Under the pieces are notes generated by a model. It did no database searches. It had not been told where the DNA came from and saw nothing but the letters and a program-made list of their open reading frames with translations. A DNA stretch of 63,813 nucleotides, the filler included, from Choristocarpus tenellus KU-1152 (lineage: Eukaryota; Protista; Phaeophyceae), in NCBI GenBank assembly GCA_964200185.2. It is 11 parts of 11 records of this genome, joined end to end, with 100 filler letters (N's around TTAATTAATTAA, not from the genome) between each part and the next. Parts side by side here need not be neighbours in the genome. Positions count along the whole stretch, not along the records: positions 10,860 to 17,906 come from CAXNAD020006791.1; positions 18,007 to 21,972 come from CAXNAD020016882.1; positions 22,073 to 25,500 come from CAXNAD020020091.1; 8 more parts are not named here. One strand, written 5' to 3'. Of this stretch, positions 12,312 to 25,402 are shown piece by piece (positions within the stretch are counted from its first letter, which is position 1; the number at the start of each line of letters is the position of its first letter). Both the position numbers and the translations under genes were made by a program.

Positions 12312-12555
12312 TAAGTAGTAATGGTGGTTGTAATAGTTAAGTCAAAGTAAACGAGATGTATATCCGGAGTCAGCCCTAAAAAGGTGGGCAAGGCGCTGGG
12401 GATTCATCTCAAGAGTCTTACAGACCGATAATTTTAGCACTAGAAGAAGTAGAATTATTATTATTAGTAGTAGTATTAGTAGTAGTAGTAGTAGTGTTAG
12501 TAGTAGTGATGGTGGTTGTAATAGCTAGTCGAAGTAGACGAGAGATGTCCAGAGT
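12196..12555. repeat. Tandem duplication of a ~178-bp unit with AGT/AGC microsatellites
   Basis: agcccta.aaaggtgggcaagg...atctcaaga occurs at 12196 and 12372. Confidence 0.8.
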
Positions 12556-12760
12556 TGCATTTTAACCATGCCAGCAAATATGTCAAAAATTCGGCATTTT
12601 TTCAAATGCGTGTAGGATATGATCCGGATTGTGTCGAAAAGCTGTAAAAACAATAGAGAAATGAACCCTCTTAGCTCGAACTTAGCACTTCATCCGCAGC
12701 GATATGGCTTAATTGCAAAATATTTAAAAAAAAAAAGGCTTACAATGCAAATGGCCAAAA
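12549..12760. mobile_element. MITE-like family D, copy 2
   Basis: ccagagttgcattttaa...aatgcaaatggccaaaa; similar to 4545-4760. Confidence 0.55.
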
Positions 12761-12787
12761 ACTGTATACCTCTCGTCCACTTTGGCT

Positions 12788-12788
12788 C

Positions 12789-12852
<64 letters not shown>
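12788..12852. repeat. (AGT)n microsatellite
   Basis: About 21 perfect AGT units. Confidence 0.97.
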
Positions 12853-13129
12853 AACCTTCTTACCATCCTACCTCACCTCGTTACCTCTACCATATCTCTT
12901 CCTCAAGTGAAAATTGGAAAAAGAACCTCCTAAACTGATACTGCGAAGTCATCGTATATCATAGTAATAGTACATTATCATGTAGGTAAGATTTGGAGAC
13001 CACACCTTGACTTTGACAAAATAACAAGCTCCCTTGTGCGTGAAGATACAAAAAGGAGTTGGTCCATGATCCCTCTTGTCCTTCCCTGCCCTGTCCGATA
13101 CGCAACCCCTGACGCGTCCAGTGATCTCA

Positions 13130-13910
13130 CAGTATGCTCTATTTACGATAGTACTAGAAACACTAAATATAATTTGAAATATTATTAGTATGGTCGCCAG
13201 TGGACACGCATGATATCACAAAGAGTGAGATCCTCGCTACTATACCTTAGAGATGGAAAAACGCATTCGGCGTGGGGATCAGGGTGGTTCCTAACCACAT
13301 TCAAGGGCTTTAACGTGGACAGGAGCACACAAAGTGACTCTCCATTCATTCAAGATGAGATGGGCAGTTTGCTACGAGGATCAGGACCTATTCTTGGGCT
13401 ATGGATGAGACTTGTCCAAGCACCATTGAATGCAGAGTCACCGACCCAAACTTGACCCTGGTATCATCAACTCGTTCAAAGCACTGCCCCCTTACTTGCC
13501 ACTGGTAATGAGCCTACCATTGAAGAATTGAGTAGTGCCATACACACTCTCTGGTCAACCAAAAAGGATGTGGGCCCTGGTGACCTTCCAATGAAACTCC
13601 TAAAGCTCGGACTTGATGAAGTCCCCCTTCCCCTGCAGTCTTCCACAACATCGTTCTCGCTCTGTGTCAGTCATAGGGGGTCCCTCGTATTGTAAGGATG
13701 CTGCCAATAAACTCTTCCACAAGAAGAAGGATCAAGCTGACTGAGAGAAGTATACAGGCATCTAACTGGTAGGACATGGTGATAAATGACTTCTCGGAGT
13801 CGTTGTACGACGCCTAGGAACCTATGTTGAACATGAGGAAATTTAACAGAGGAGCAATGCGGATTCTGATCTAAATAATTAATCATCGAGCAATTGGACA
13901 ACACAACTGT
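13130..13910 (+). mobile_element. Non-LTR retrotransposon (LINE, RTE-like) reverse transcriptase fragment, decayed
   Basis: Frameshifted motifs EPTIEELSSAI, GPGDLPMKLLK, FHNIV, KDAA, YTGI and EEQCGF from the start of the RT domain. Confidence 0.8.
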
Positions 13911-14390
13911 CAGAAGCCAAAGGGGGAGAAGGGAGGTCTGGAGAAACACTGGTGGTGGCACGTCCAAGACGACATTAAGGTTTTCGATGTCACACTTATC
14001 AGATAGGTGGCACAGATAGATAGATAGATGTATGGAGGTTTGAGCTAACCGAAAAGTCCAGTCAGTGAGTGTAAGGAGTGCTTTGAGATGTACAGGATGT
14101 TAAAGGTGATGGAGGATGTATGCCAGCTCGTTAGTGGTCCACTTCCTGGACCTCAAACCTGTCATCATTCTTCACGAGAACATTGATTGATGGTCATCCA
14201 ACAAAGCATCGACATTTGAGTGGGAGGCAAGCGGTTGGTAAAAAGGAATACCAATCAGAAGTTTGAAGCGCTTATAGGAGGAATGAAGGGTAGAGGAGAA
14301 GCCACCTGTAAACTTGTCAAACTTGTACAAACGTGCACTTTACTGTATCTTTCAATGACACACACACACACATATATATATATGATCAGA

Positions 14391-14640
14391 ATAGGGAGTG
14401 TCATAGCAAGACTCTCCTGCTTCACAACTATCAGCACAACCAATACAAGAAAAGATTAAGGTCTCAAATACAAACAAAAAAGTGTAAAAATCACATAAAA
14501 CAGAGAATGTCATAACAAGACTCGCCCCTTCACATCTATCAGCACAAACAAATACAAGACATAAGAATAATGCCTCAACAAACACAGAAATGTCCATCAA
14601 TAACAAAAAAATAGGGAATGCCATAGCAAGACTGCTCACA
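14391..14640. repeat. Degenerate tandem repeat, ~110-bp unit, about 2.5 copies
   Basis: g.cata.caagact at 14399, 14509 and 14620; ctatcagcacaa.caatacaaga twice. Confidence 0.7.
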
Positions 14641-14863
14641 CTGGTTTGAGTGCAAAAAGGCAGACACACTATTTGCCTGCAACATGCCCCCTAGCGTGAA
14701 CTAGGAATACATGTTTCACGCTTACCAGAGGCGATTGTCACGGATCAAGACAATATATATCCATCACCCCAGATCACGCTGCGGCAATATATGTATTTGA
14801 TTGCCATTGAATGACAAAGGGACTCCAGTTCCAAATTTTCCAGTTAGTTTCAACACAGGGACA

Positions 14864-15138
14864 AGTCAAAGTATCTTGGAGAATAGAGCCGTGTCCATTT
14901 GGGCATCAAAATCTAATCTTGCAATTTCAATATAATCTTGACTATCACAGTGTCAATATCCTTGTTCCGGACACACCTTTTCATAACACACACCTTTTCA
15001 TAACACACACCTTTTCATAACACACACACTTTACCTACTCCTAAACATTTTGGAGTAGGAAAATGTCATAAAAGAACCCATGGGAAGCCAAGCCCCAAAT
15101 TGACAAACAGGGAGAACTCTCTAAAATACTTTCACTCG
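14864..15138 (+). mobile_element. MITE family A copy with an internal triplication
   Basis: Family A body in which acacaccttttcataac is repeated three times. Confidence 0.8.
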
Positions 15139-16899
15139 GACTCCAGTTCCAAATTAACCATAAATGATCGACATATCTCCTAGTTTCTTTTGAGAATAGA
15201 TCACCAAAGGCCGTAAGACACAGTCGAAATCAATAGATATCTGACCAAATCAGAGTATATAATTTCATTAAAAAATCCATAACTCCAACTAGGCCCAAAA
15301 TAGGGCAACAAATATCCTTGCTTTCCTTGGGAAAATCTGTCTCAGGGGTCACAGAATACCATCAGAGTCAGTTTGCATCTGGTCTAATCTGAGTATACAC
15401 TTGCTCCTTCTGAAACACACCTTTAAAAGCTACAAAACTATATATCTCTGAAATGGTCTAAAATAAATGGGTCCCCAATTCCGATCCCCCTAGTCACAAA
15501 TGTCATTAATTTATATCCATGTTCCCTTTGAAAGTCTCTGTTCACCATGTCAAAGTATACAATCACACTCAATTTGCATCTAGCCTGGTCAGAGCACACA
15601 CTTGTTCCTTTCGAGGGGCCAGTTCAAAAGTTACAAGGCGTCTTTAATTTGACTTACAATAAAAGGGTCCCCAGTTCCAACCTTCTCATGTCATACCTGG
15701 CCCTCCTTGGGATAAGCGAATAGTTTCTGTCGTGTTGTGTTCCTCCCAATCTCCCTCTTTGGAAGGTGCCGTCCGATACGATGAATTGAAATCAGAACTT
15801 TCTCTTGGGCACCAAGTGTTATACCTCTTTTGGCTAATACTTGTTGACATAAGTACCTGGGAGTCCCAGACAAAGCATACCTTGCACCCCTTAGCCATCT
15901 GCGATTGACTTGTGACTGATTGAACTGCTGGTTACTTCTCTACCTGAAAGATTATTGCAACAAAGGAGAACGCCAACAAGCAGCAAGGGCACGAATGGAC
16001 GACAAGAGTGAGTATATGAATCAGGTGGAACCTACTCCACACAACATTGAGACATGGATAACACAAAACATAAATTCTAACTGCACCCCCTTGCATAATC
16101 CTGAGACCTCGAGATTATGGTCTAAGCTACGGGTCATTGCTGTGACCCATTGATATAGTAAGCTGGTCTGCACTATCGCCTAGCCTCAAGCTCGATAATA
16201 GAGACACATAAGCAATGCACTCCATCCCAGCCCATTGACGCACAATCTCCGTTCCTCGCTAAGAGTGAGAGACATGTCTGCGAACCTGGGAAATAAAAGA
16301 ACAGCGTGACACGAAAAAAAAATCGAGAATGTGAGTGTACGAGTGGCGAGAAATAGCTACATATCCAACGTCTATACTATGGCGGTCAGAGATCACTCGG
16401 CTACGATCGGAGGTGTATGGTGCCTCCCTTGGAGCCACAGATGCCATCACGCCAGGCCCTTCCTCCAAGTTAGGAGGTGATGAAAGCGCTCCAAGACCAC
16501 CCAAGGAGACGATGAGACCAGGCAGAAGAAAATCCCGTAGACGGTGAAAGAGCTCCAGAACCATCCAAGGAAAAGACAAAACCAAGCAGAAGAAAATCCA
16601 GGTTATAGTAGGGAACTACCAAGAATCCTAAGTGCTGAGGTGAATACTGACTATTCTCTCCAGTTTGAAGAGACCAACCAGCTAGGACCTCCATGTTACA
16701 GCACGCTCCAGAAGCTTACCTCCACAGATGTATAGCTCCAGTTCACAAGCCTATAGATGAAGATGATGCACGTAAAGGACTCCTGATGCACAAGTCGTCA
16801 AGTATGCTTGATCTCTCACTTGGATTATTCCCTTCATAGGTATCGTCAACATTATCGTATAGAGAAGGAATAGTTAAGGAAGGGATGAGATGGTTAATG

Positions 16900-17906
16900 G
16901 AAATGAGTGGTAGATAAAGGGAAGGACAGCAGCCAGCCAGTGAAAAAAGGGAAAGAAAACCAGGGGTACAAGACGAGGAGGGGAGACCAAGGCAACCTCC
17001 GAGCAAGCTTCTTCTTCGAGAACATCAGCAAAAGGGGGAGAAGAAAGAGGGATGGGAAGGGGAGCAGGAGTGATGAGGGAGAGAGGATCGATATCATCAA
17101 CATCGATGGCAGAGAGGTTTCAAGAGAAGTCATTGATGCAAGCGTGGAACAGGGTGGAGGTGAGGAAGTATTTTATACTCCTCGGTTTCAATTCTCCTAT
17201 TTATAAAAACGGGGAATGCCAGGACAACGAAGTACGAGCTACAGAGGATTGTGGAGGAGACAGCAGACGTGACGGAAGAGGTGGCAGCACAGCTAGAATA
17301 CTTGGCAGGTTTTACGATCAGGGACTACATACCAAAGGGGGAGCTCGGGAGGAAGACATTCAAAGGGGACTACGAATTACCCGACAACTTTGACTGGTTT
17401 GTGGAAGCTATGGTGAGATTATGTAAATATGGGGAGAATTGGAATAGGGGGAAAAGAAGGACAGAGCGGGTGATTGATGATTTGGAAGAGGCTCGGAGTA
17501 AAGTTCGCATGTTCTACGGTGCCAACAAACCAGCGTTGTTAGAGAGCCCACGGATAGTGGAACTAATTGTCAGAGCAGTGGAAGAGGACCTAATGTGCTG
17601 GGAAAAGCGGTTGGCGGCAGCGGCTGATATAATAGGGAACAAACTTAACGCACCACCTACCCGTGACACGCTGATACCACTCCCGCCGAGCCCGCACTTC
17701 ACATGTGTAGAAGCGACACTGGCGCAGGCAAAGAACATGCTGCCTGCCTTGTATAGCACTGAGTCCCGCTCCCGATCCATGAAGAGGGCGGGGGCATGGG
17801 GGGAGACAAGGGCTTCAAAATCTCCCAGGGCTGAAGACAGAAATAGAGCAGGAGTATCAAGAGGGAGGGGAAGGAGCTACACCCCGTATTTTTGCGTGGA
17901 AGTTAG
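16900..17906 (+). mobile_element. Gag-like ORF of a probable retroelement (DIRS/Ngaro-like?), cut by a gap
   Basis: Intronless 235-aa ORF (17251 to gap) with a helical core and an RG-rich tail, preceded by frameshifted purine-rich ORFs. No catalytic motif visible, so the family is a guess. Confidence 0.4.
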
Positions 17907-18068
17907 NNNNNNNNNNNNNNNNNNNNNNNNNNNNNNNNNNNNNNNNNNNNTTAATTAATTAANNNNNNNNNNNNNNNNNNNNNNNNNNNNNNNNNNNNNN
18001 NNNNNNCCCCCCCACAAACCCCCCCCCCCCCCCCCCCCCAGATACTTTGACCCACACTGTGTATAAAC

Positions 18069-18318
18069 CAAACGAATTGAGAGGTAGGCAGGGTTGTATC
18101 TTAAGGATCCCAAGAAAGGGATAAAAGTATTGTTTTGTACAATTGCAGAAAGAGGCTGTCCTTGATTGTCATGTCACTCTGCGTGTGAAAAGGAGGAACA
18201 TCAGTTCTTGCTACGTGGTTGTGCGCATAAAGCAATGAAATGGATTGCATTGCACAGGGTAAGAAAGATGGCTTAGACTGCAAAAGGGTACAAACCTGCC
18301 TACCTCTCCATTTGTTTG
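18069..18318. mobile_element. MITE family C, copy 1
   Basis: TIR caaacgaattgagaggtaggcagg...cctgcctacctctccatttgtttg; second copy at 29572-29826. Confidence 0.8.
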
Positions 18319-18728
18319 ACTCTTATCCAGATGTCCTTCTGTTGGGAGGGGGAACGGGAGGCACAGGGACAAGTCAAATTAATGTTCTGGTTGTCAGTCC
18401 TTGAGTGTAAAATGCACTTCTTGTTTGGACGGGAAATATTCCATACCAATAGACAGGCTCCTTCCTCTTGTACTCTGGAGTGTAAGGTACTGGAGACCTC
18501 AAATACTCTTAAGTTAATCGATGAAAGGGTGCACCTATATTCCATGAGTTACTTCTCGTTTAAGACCCACACAGAATATTGTAAGATAAATTGATAGCCG
18601 GAAAACAAGACCACTTCATTTGACATTTACCTTATTTCTATTTTCCTTCTACTCTAAAACTCCTGCAAAGGTGCGTGAGACCTCCTGCAGAGAAAATTAA
18701 TAGGAAATTTCTCGTGGGCTGAAGTCAT

Positions 18729-18972
18729 GAGTGAGGGTACGAGTTTTGCCCTGTTTGTCCGTTTGGGGCTTGGCTTCCCGTGCTTTTTTTTATATCATTT
18801 TCCTACTTCAAAATGTTTCGGAGTAGGTAAAATGTATACATTATGAAAAGGTGTGCCTAGAACAAGGAGATTGGTACTTTTTAATTAGCATGATAGTCAA
18901 AATTACATTAAAATCGCAACATTGGAATTGGCCCCCAAATGGACGCGGCTCTACCCTCTAAGATAATTTGGT
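18729..18972 (-). mobile_element. MITE family A copy
   Basis: Reverse-complement family A body ending taccctctaagata. Confidence 0.8.
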
Positions 18973-20720
18973 TCCATACTTGTAATGCAAGAGAGGAACA
19001 AATGTGCCAACAGAAGCGACAATAACAACAGCTGTAGTCCCACTGTAAGGCGCCATGCCATCCCAATTTGACACACCGAAATATATCACAGACCGTACTA
19101 CTTTGCTAAGGTGTGTGGATACAACGTAAAAGTCTGGCATGCCTTCTTTTCAAGTGGGCCGTTTCCACAGAGGACTTATTTATAAGTTCGCGAATTCTTT
19201 GCTCTTTCTCTGCTGAGTATGATTTAGATGTACATATTTACAGTGATCGTGCCTTGTATTATTGTTGCCTGATACACCAAGCAATTACACCCCTGCAATA
19301 CTCTAGGTTCACATTTGTAGGGTCAGACTATGGTAACATGGTTACATGCATCAATTGGCAAAGCTAATCTATCTTGTCTGCTTCCATACACCAGGTCTGG
19401 AAGCATGAGCAATCAAAATAAAAGCTCCAACTAGCGCAACAATCTGCCAGGAATGCCCTCTAATACTCCATTCTCTGCAGTGATCTCTTCCGCCCTTCGA
19501 AAATTGATGTGTCAAAAAAGATAGGAGGAACGAGGAGACAATCAGAGTTCTTGTACGATTGCATGACATGGTTTACTTATCCTAAGGCTCGTCGGTCCAG
19601 TATGCCCACCAGTCCTATGTCTCATAATTTGAAAATGTACATATTGTACCAGTTCGATTTTGCCTGTCTGGATACAGCTGGTATGCCTTACCACCAAAAG
19701 TTTGAGTATACATGGTCGCATGTCTTCAAAAGTGGAACAACCAGTTTGTTGGTGATCCGGGTATCGTGCATCACTGTGCCACAATGCAAATGTTTAGAAA
19801 CTCAGCAAGAGGGCATATTAGGAAGAAACAATATATGCGGAATGTCGCTAGCTTCAGGTGTGATGGATGCATAGGGATTCTTGGTCCTCAGTAGTACCAA
19901 CTTACAACTCAATTAGAAGAAATAAATTGAAAAACAGAACGCTTTCTTTTTTTTTTTTGTTTCCTCCATTCTTTGTTAAGAGGTTTCTCCTCTTCAGATA
20001 TTCTAATCACGCCACCCTTACCTATTCTCTTCCCATCTTTGATCTACACTCCAACATCATTGGCCACTCCATTTTCTTGCAACCTTGATCGATCTCCACC
20101 TACCACCCCCCATGCCCGTTTTTTATCAGAAAGTGGTGTTAGTATTATTTGTTTCCTACACCACTACCTAGATCTGTGTCCCCCACTCACTTCCTTTTCC
20201 TACCGTCCTTCTTTGGCTGTCTGCTAATCTCTTTCTCCAACTCTTTTCCTGTTCACACGTGTACGTTTAATAATATTCTGCAAGATTATGGAACGATTCT
20301 TGTCGCATGTAACGAAGACGGCACAGAGCTTTGAGGATGAGAAATCGACTCGCAAAGGTAAGAAAGCTTATTGAGTTCTGAGTTAGTGGGTCTCGAGGAG
20401 AAGAATGTGGGAAGGTTGAGGGTAAAATTCCCCAGACTTGCTCGAAGAGTTATCACTCACCAAAGGGGGGTATGGGTAATTGGAATAGATCCGTAGAAAC
20501 CTCTCGCTTCTCTGGCAGTTTCATATCCTCATCGGAACCAGGGGATAGCCTTGTTTAGGCGCAACGAACCTGTTGACTGAAAAATGGAGATGATTTTTCT
20601 GAGTACAGGCACAGTAGTAGTGATGGAGACGGGAGTGAGCAACCCGTAAATCTAGAAACCTATCACCCACATATATTTACGTAAGGCAAGAGTTTGAAAT
20701 CGAGAGTTGGAGGAAATCCT

Positions 20721-20987
20721 GAGTCATAGTATCTTAGGGGGAAGGGCTGCGTCCATTTGGGGGCCGAAATCCAATGTTGCGATTTTGATGTAATGTTGGT
20801 TATCGTGTTTGTTAGGAAGTGTCAATATCCTTGTTCCAGACACACGTTTCCATAACGTATACATTTTACCTACTCCAACACATTTCGGAGTAGGTAAAAT
20901 GTCATAAAAAACCCGTGGGAAGCCAAGCCCCAAACGGACAAACAGGGCAAAACTCGTACCCTCTCTTAATAAGATACTTTCACTCTC
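20721..20987 (+). mobile_element. MITE family A copy
   Basis: gagtcatagtatcttaggggg...aagatactttcactc. Confidence 0.85.
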
Positions 20988-20989
20988 CT

Positions 20990-21830
20990 TTGTAACCAGA
21001 GGTGGAACCAGGAAGTTGTGCGATAGGTCTGGAATTGTGCGTCATGATAGTGCCCTATAAGAAGAAGCTCCACAATGATTGTGGAAATTACAGGGGCATC
21101 TCTTTCGTGGCACATACTGGCAAATTACTTCTCAAGGATATTGCATGGTGACTGGGAGACTATCTGGAACGGGAAACATACTTAGTGAGGAACAGTGTGG
21201 TTTTCAGATCCGACACTCAACAGCAGACATGATGTGCACTTTATGTGCTGTCCAAGAGGTTGGCCAGGAAAAGCATGTACGCTCATTTGCGCAGTATTAT
21301 TGATCTACAGAGCGCATCATTCGACTCTGCTTGATCGTTATCTCCTGTGGGCGGTGTTGGTCAAGTTGGCATGCTCGATGAAGATGATTTTATCATTCAC
21401 CAATTCCATCATGATGGGAGAGCTTATGTTCGCATGGATGATGGTGAATGTGTACAGACTGGTGTTTCAAGGTTGGACAGGGCCTTCGGCAGGGGTGTGC
21501 TCTTGCTCCAGTCCTCTTCAACATCTTGACTGCACTGCTAGGTGTAGCAGTGGCCCAGAGTATCTGGGGGGAGGAAGGGGTCTACACCAGGTTGTCCAAG
21601 GATCTTGTTGTCATAAAGAGAACGGTCACAACTAACAGATCGGAGGACAAGGATTACTAGGTAGTGGGAAAATACTTAAGTGGCAATTGTGGGGTAAGTT
21701 TTATGCTGATGATGATGCAGGCACTGTCTCCAACACCCAAGGAGGTTTGACCAGGATGATGACAGTGTTGGTGAAGGTGGTCAGAATATTCAGTCTGACT
21801 CTGTCGGCATTAAAGACACATGGATTATGC
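20990..21830 (+). mobile_element. LINE (RTE-like) reverse transcriptase pseudogene
   Basis: Motifs NYRGISL, ILSEEQCGFQIRHSTADM, GLRQGCALAPVLFNI and catalytic FYADD, with frameshifts. Confidence 0.92.
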
Positions 21831-22072
21831 CTTGTCCTAGTGCTCTTGTGGAGGCAGGGTGTGAGGGTATTGAGGCAATGGCTCAAAGTATCTGGGGGGG
21901 GGGGGGGGGGGGGGGGGTTAACACAGGTGGCCCTTCGTCCGCCGACCCGGGGGGGAGGCAACTCAAACACCCNNNNNNNNNNNNNNNNNNNNNNNNNNNN
22001 NNNNNNNNNNNNNNNNTTAATTAATTAANNNNNNNNNNNNNNNNNNNNNNNNNNNNNNNNNNNNNNNNNNNN

Positions 22073-22345
22073 CGCACAAGTGAAGTTCCAACCTGAAGTC
22101 GAACTGCTAGAATGGTGGGGAAGCCTGAGCTGGACACACTGGGGGAGTCGGAGCACGACGACACCATGGACATCGATGGCAGAGGCAAAGAGGAGGCGTC
22201 CGCAAAAGGGATGAGGCACACATGGCTGGGCACGCGGGTGGGAGCACTGGGCATGGGGCTCAAGATGCAAAGCGCTCAGCACCCCACCATGGTCTACAGG
22301 TTTTTCCCAGGATGGGACAACACCAGCGCATGGATATGGAAGCTC
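22073..22345 (+). mobile_element. Partial duplicate of the copia internal region at 24080-24290
   Basis: Shares cggagcacgacgac and ggggctcaagatgcaaagcgctcagcacccc with 24103-24245. Confidence 0.75.
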
Positions 22346-22425
22346 AGAGAGCAGACGAGCGCCTGACCCTGTTTAATATTGACTGGTAGTCTATAGGTTT
22401 CTTATGTGTTTGGTAGCGAGTAACA

Positions 22426-22790
22426 TGTAACGAAAATTTTACCTGAGTAGCTTAATTATCAATCACTTATCTCTGCACGGGCAGAGTAATAGGTTCGAAT
22501 CTCGAAGGGCTGGTTTCTCTTTGTTAAATGGAAGTGACTGACGCAGGACGACTGATGTAGCTACGACTGACGCAGCTACTAAATAAGCAGAACGAGTGAG
22601 GTAGTTTGACTGACGCAGAGCGAGTGACGTAGTGCTACTGACACAGACACGTTCTGACATGTCTGCTGACATGCGCATTAGGTAATAAAGCAGAGCACCT
22701 CCCCCCCTCGAGGGATGGTGCTTACTCCGCTAATAAATTCATTCATACCACATTAAGCAAAAACTATATTCGAACAGCTCTCTTTGCACA
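22426..22790 (+). mobile_element. Probable 5' LTR of a Ty1/copia element
   Basis: Starts tgtaac, ends gcaca, contains aataaa, and is followed by a ggttaagagcc primer-binding-site-like motif and gag. Confidence 0.6.
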
Positions 22791-24290
22791 GGTTAAGAGC
22801 CTCACAGGTATGAAAGCAGACCCATGTAAGCTGCCACTATGGAGTAGCACACGGGGGCATACAAGGGAGAAGTGAAGAGAATGGCAGATGGCCCTGGTGA
22901 GCTATGCAGGCGGCAAGGGACTGTACTGCATCCTCCAACCAGCATATACCATATCCTAGCACCTCCTACGGCTGATACATCCTTTGGGGAAAGCAAGTAC
23001 GAGGAGTACATCAAGCATCGCGAGGCCTTGTGGTTCCTGCTGGGCCAGGCCACGAGGGGGGGCTGCAGGGATGGTGGTCAGCACCCACGAAAATAACGGC
23101 AGCCAAGACGGGAGGGCAGCCTGGCTCGAGTTGGAGCAGATCTACGGCGGTGCAGCGGCCCATGCAGCTCATAGCTCTCTAGGTGAAGGTGTAGGACATG
23201 TACTGCTCGTCGGTGGAGGACGCTGCCGACTTCTTCATCCATCTCGATCACTTCTGGATGGAGTACGAGCAGCTGGAGGCGGACAAGGAGAACCACGCCA
23301 AGGTGGGGGCTCTGATCATCGGCATCAGGGACAGCATGCCACAGGTGTTCGCGCAGCTATCCACAGCTCCAGACCTCACCTACGACCAACTCAAAAACGC
23401 CATCATCTCCTCATCTTCTTACCTGACCACGGAGGTCACGGGGCAAAAAACCAGGAGATAGGGGACTATGGTGCTTCACACCAGTGCAGGGATACCGAAA
23501 GGGAGACAGGGGTCTGGGAGCGGCCTCGGTGCCAACCAATGTGCTTTCTGTCTCAAATTTAACCACAGATGGAAAGAGTGCCACTTGTACTTCGTTGGCA
23601 AACCTCCAGCTAAGCGGCCCCACGGGCTTGGGGCGGGCGCATGTTTCCACCACCACCAGCTAGGGACCGGTGCAGCGGCGGTGGAGGCAGCAGCAAGGCT
23701 GATCGCCAGGGCTAATCGCAGGCGTTCCTGGCGATGAACAATTTGTTTGTTGGAGAGGACTTGTACAACAGGATGGTCGAGGCAGCACTAGCACTCCTGT
23801 CCTCATCTCAAGATCTGTCCAAGACCATCAGCCTACTGTGCAACTTGGGTGCAAACATGCACCTTACCCCCCAACAAGACCTCAATGCAGCAATAGCTAT
23901 CACCCGCACCTGCACCTTTCGAAACAAAGGTATGCTGGACGCACGAGCAACCGGCGAGATGGTCCTGGATGCAACTGACGAGATGGGCACACCGACCCGA
24001 TTGTGCTCCAGGATGTGCTCTGGGTACCGGGGTCTGCCATGCAGGCTTCTCCGCACAGGCAGCGTGCGGCGCAAAGGGAGGTGAGTTGTGGACTAGGGGA
24101 ATCGGAGCACGACGACGATATGGAACATCGATGGCCAAGGCGAAGAGGAGGCTTCCACAACAGGGGGTGAGGCACACACGACTGGGCACACAAGAGGAAT
24201 TATTGGGCGTGGGGCTCAAGATGCAAAGCGCTCAGCACCCCACCTAAGTCAACAGATTTCTTCCAGGATGGGACAACGCCCGTGCATGTC
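22791..24290 (+). mobile_element. Ty1/copia retrotransposon, decayed gag-protease
   Basis: DGRAAWLELEQIYG (copia gag), CAFCLKFNHRWKEC (CX2CX4HX4C zinc knuckle), LCNLGANMHLTP (degenerate DSGA..HM protease motif); frameshifted. Confidence 0.88.
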
Positions 24291-24493
24291 ATGTATATAG
24301 CAACTCAGATAGCGACCAAGCGCATGACCCCACCCTCTCGACAGCGGGGATCTTGCCGGCTGGAGCAGCACCAACGGGTGGACTATATGTGCAGAAGATG
24401 GTATTTTAGGTTTGAGAGTTCCAGCAACCCTTCATTGCCTGCACTATCTCATTGGGAAGTATGCAAAGTAGGAAAATAGTGAGGTATATCTTA

Positions 24494-25402
24494 TTTTGTG
24501 TATGAGAGATGTAACTAATGAGATAGTACATCCAGATTATGATTGGGAATATGTATGGGTTTTTATTCTGCATTCAACTACTTTGATATAACCTTTGACT
24601 TATGTATGAGACACTAATTTTGATAAAACAATGAGAAGACACCCCACAAAGGTTACTCTTTCAATTTCAACCATGTAATAATCACTTGAAGCAATGGGGA
24701 AGCTTGTGAGGCTTGACATCTTCTCGTCTTCACTACTGATAAATAGCATTACCTCCAAAGGTAAATTTCTCTGGTTATTGTGCAATATATGTTGGTAATC
24801 TATGGGTTTCATATGATTTTGGCAACCAAGGTTGCGTAACGAAAGTGTTGTGTTGACAGAATGGCTTAGTTGTCAATGACTTGCTTCGTGTGCAAAATGG
24901 GACAATAGTGAGGTGTACCTTACTTTGTGTATGAGAGATGTAACTAATAAGATAGTACATCTGGATTATGAATGGGATTACGGATAGGTTATTCAACTAC
25001 TTTGACACAACCGTTGACTTCGGTAGGAAGCACAAATATTAATAAAACAGTGAGAGAACACCCCACAAAGGTTACTCTATTAATTTCAACCATTTAATCA
25101 CTTTCAGCAATGGGGAACCGTGTGAGGCTTCACACCTTCTTATCTTTACTACTGATAAATAGCATTATCTCCCAAGTTAAATTGCACACCTAGGTACGCC
25201 CAAATTCATATGATCTAATCTCGTTGACTTCGGTAGGAAACACAAATATTAATAAAACAAGCAATGAGAAGACACCCTACAAAGTTCACTCTTTTGACTT
25301 CAACCATGTAATCACTTTCAGCAATGGGGAACCGTGTGAGGCTTCCACCTTCTTGTCTTCACTACTCTGATAAATAGCATTACCTCCCAAGTAAATTGCA
25401 CA
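24494..25402. repeat. Tandem degenerate repeat, 3 partial copies
   Basis: gcaatgggga..gtgaggctt..cttct...ctgataaatagcatta.ctcc at about 24690, 25108 and 25321; inverted dispersed copy at 48535-48652. Confidence 0.85.

Noticed and set aside
12619-12933. Poly-Val ORF
   Set aside because: Artefact of the AGT microsatellite.
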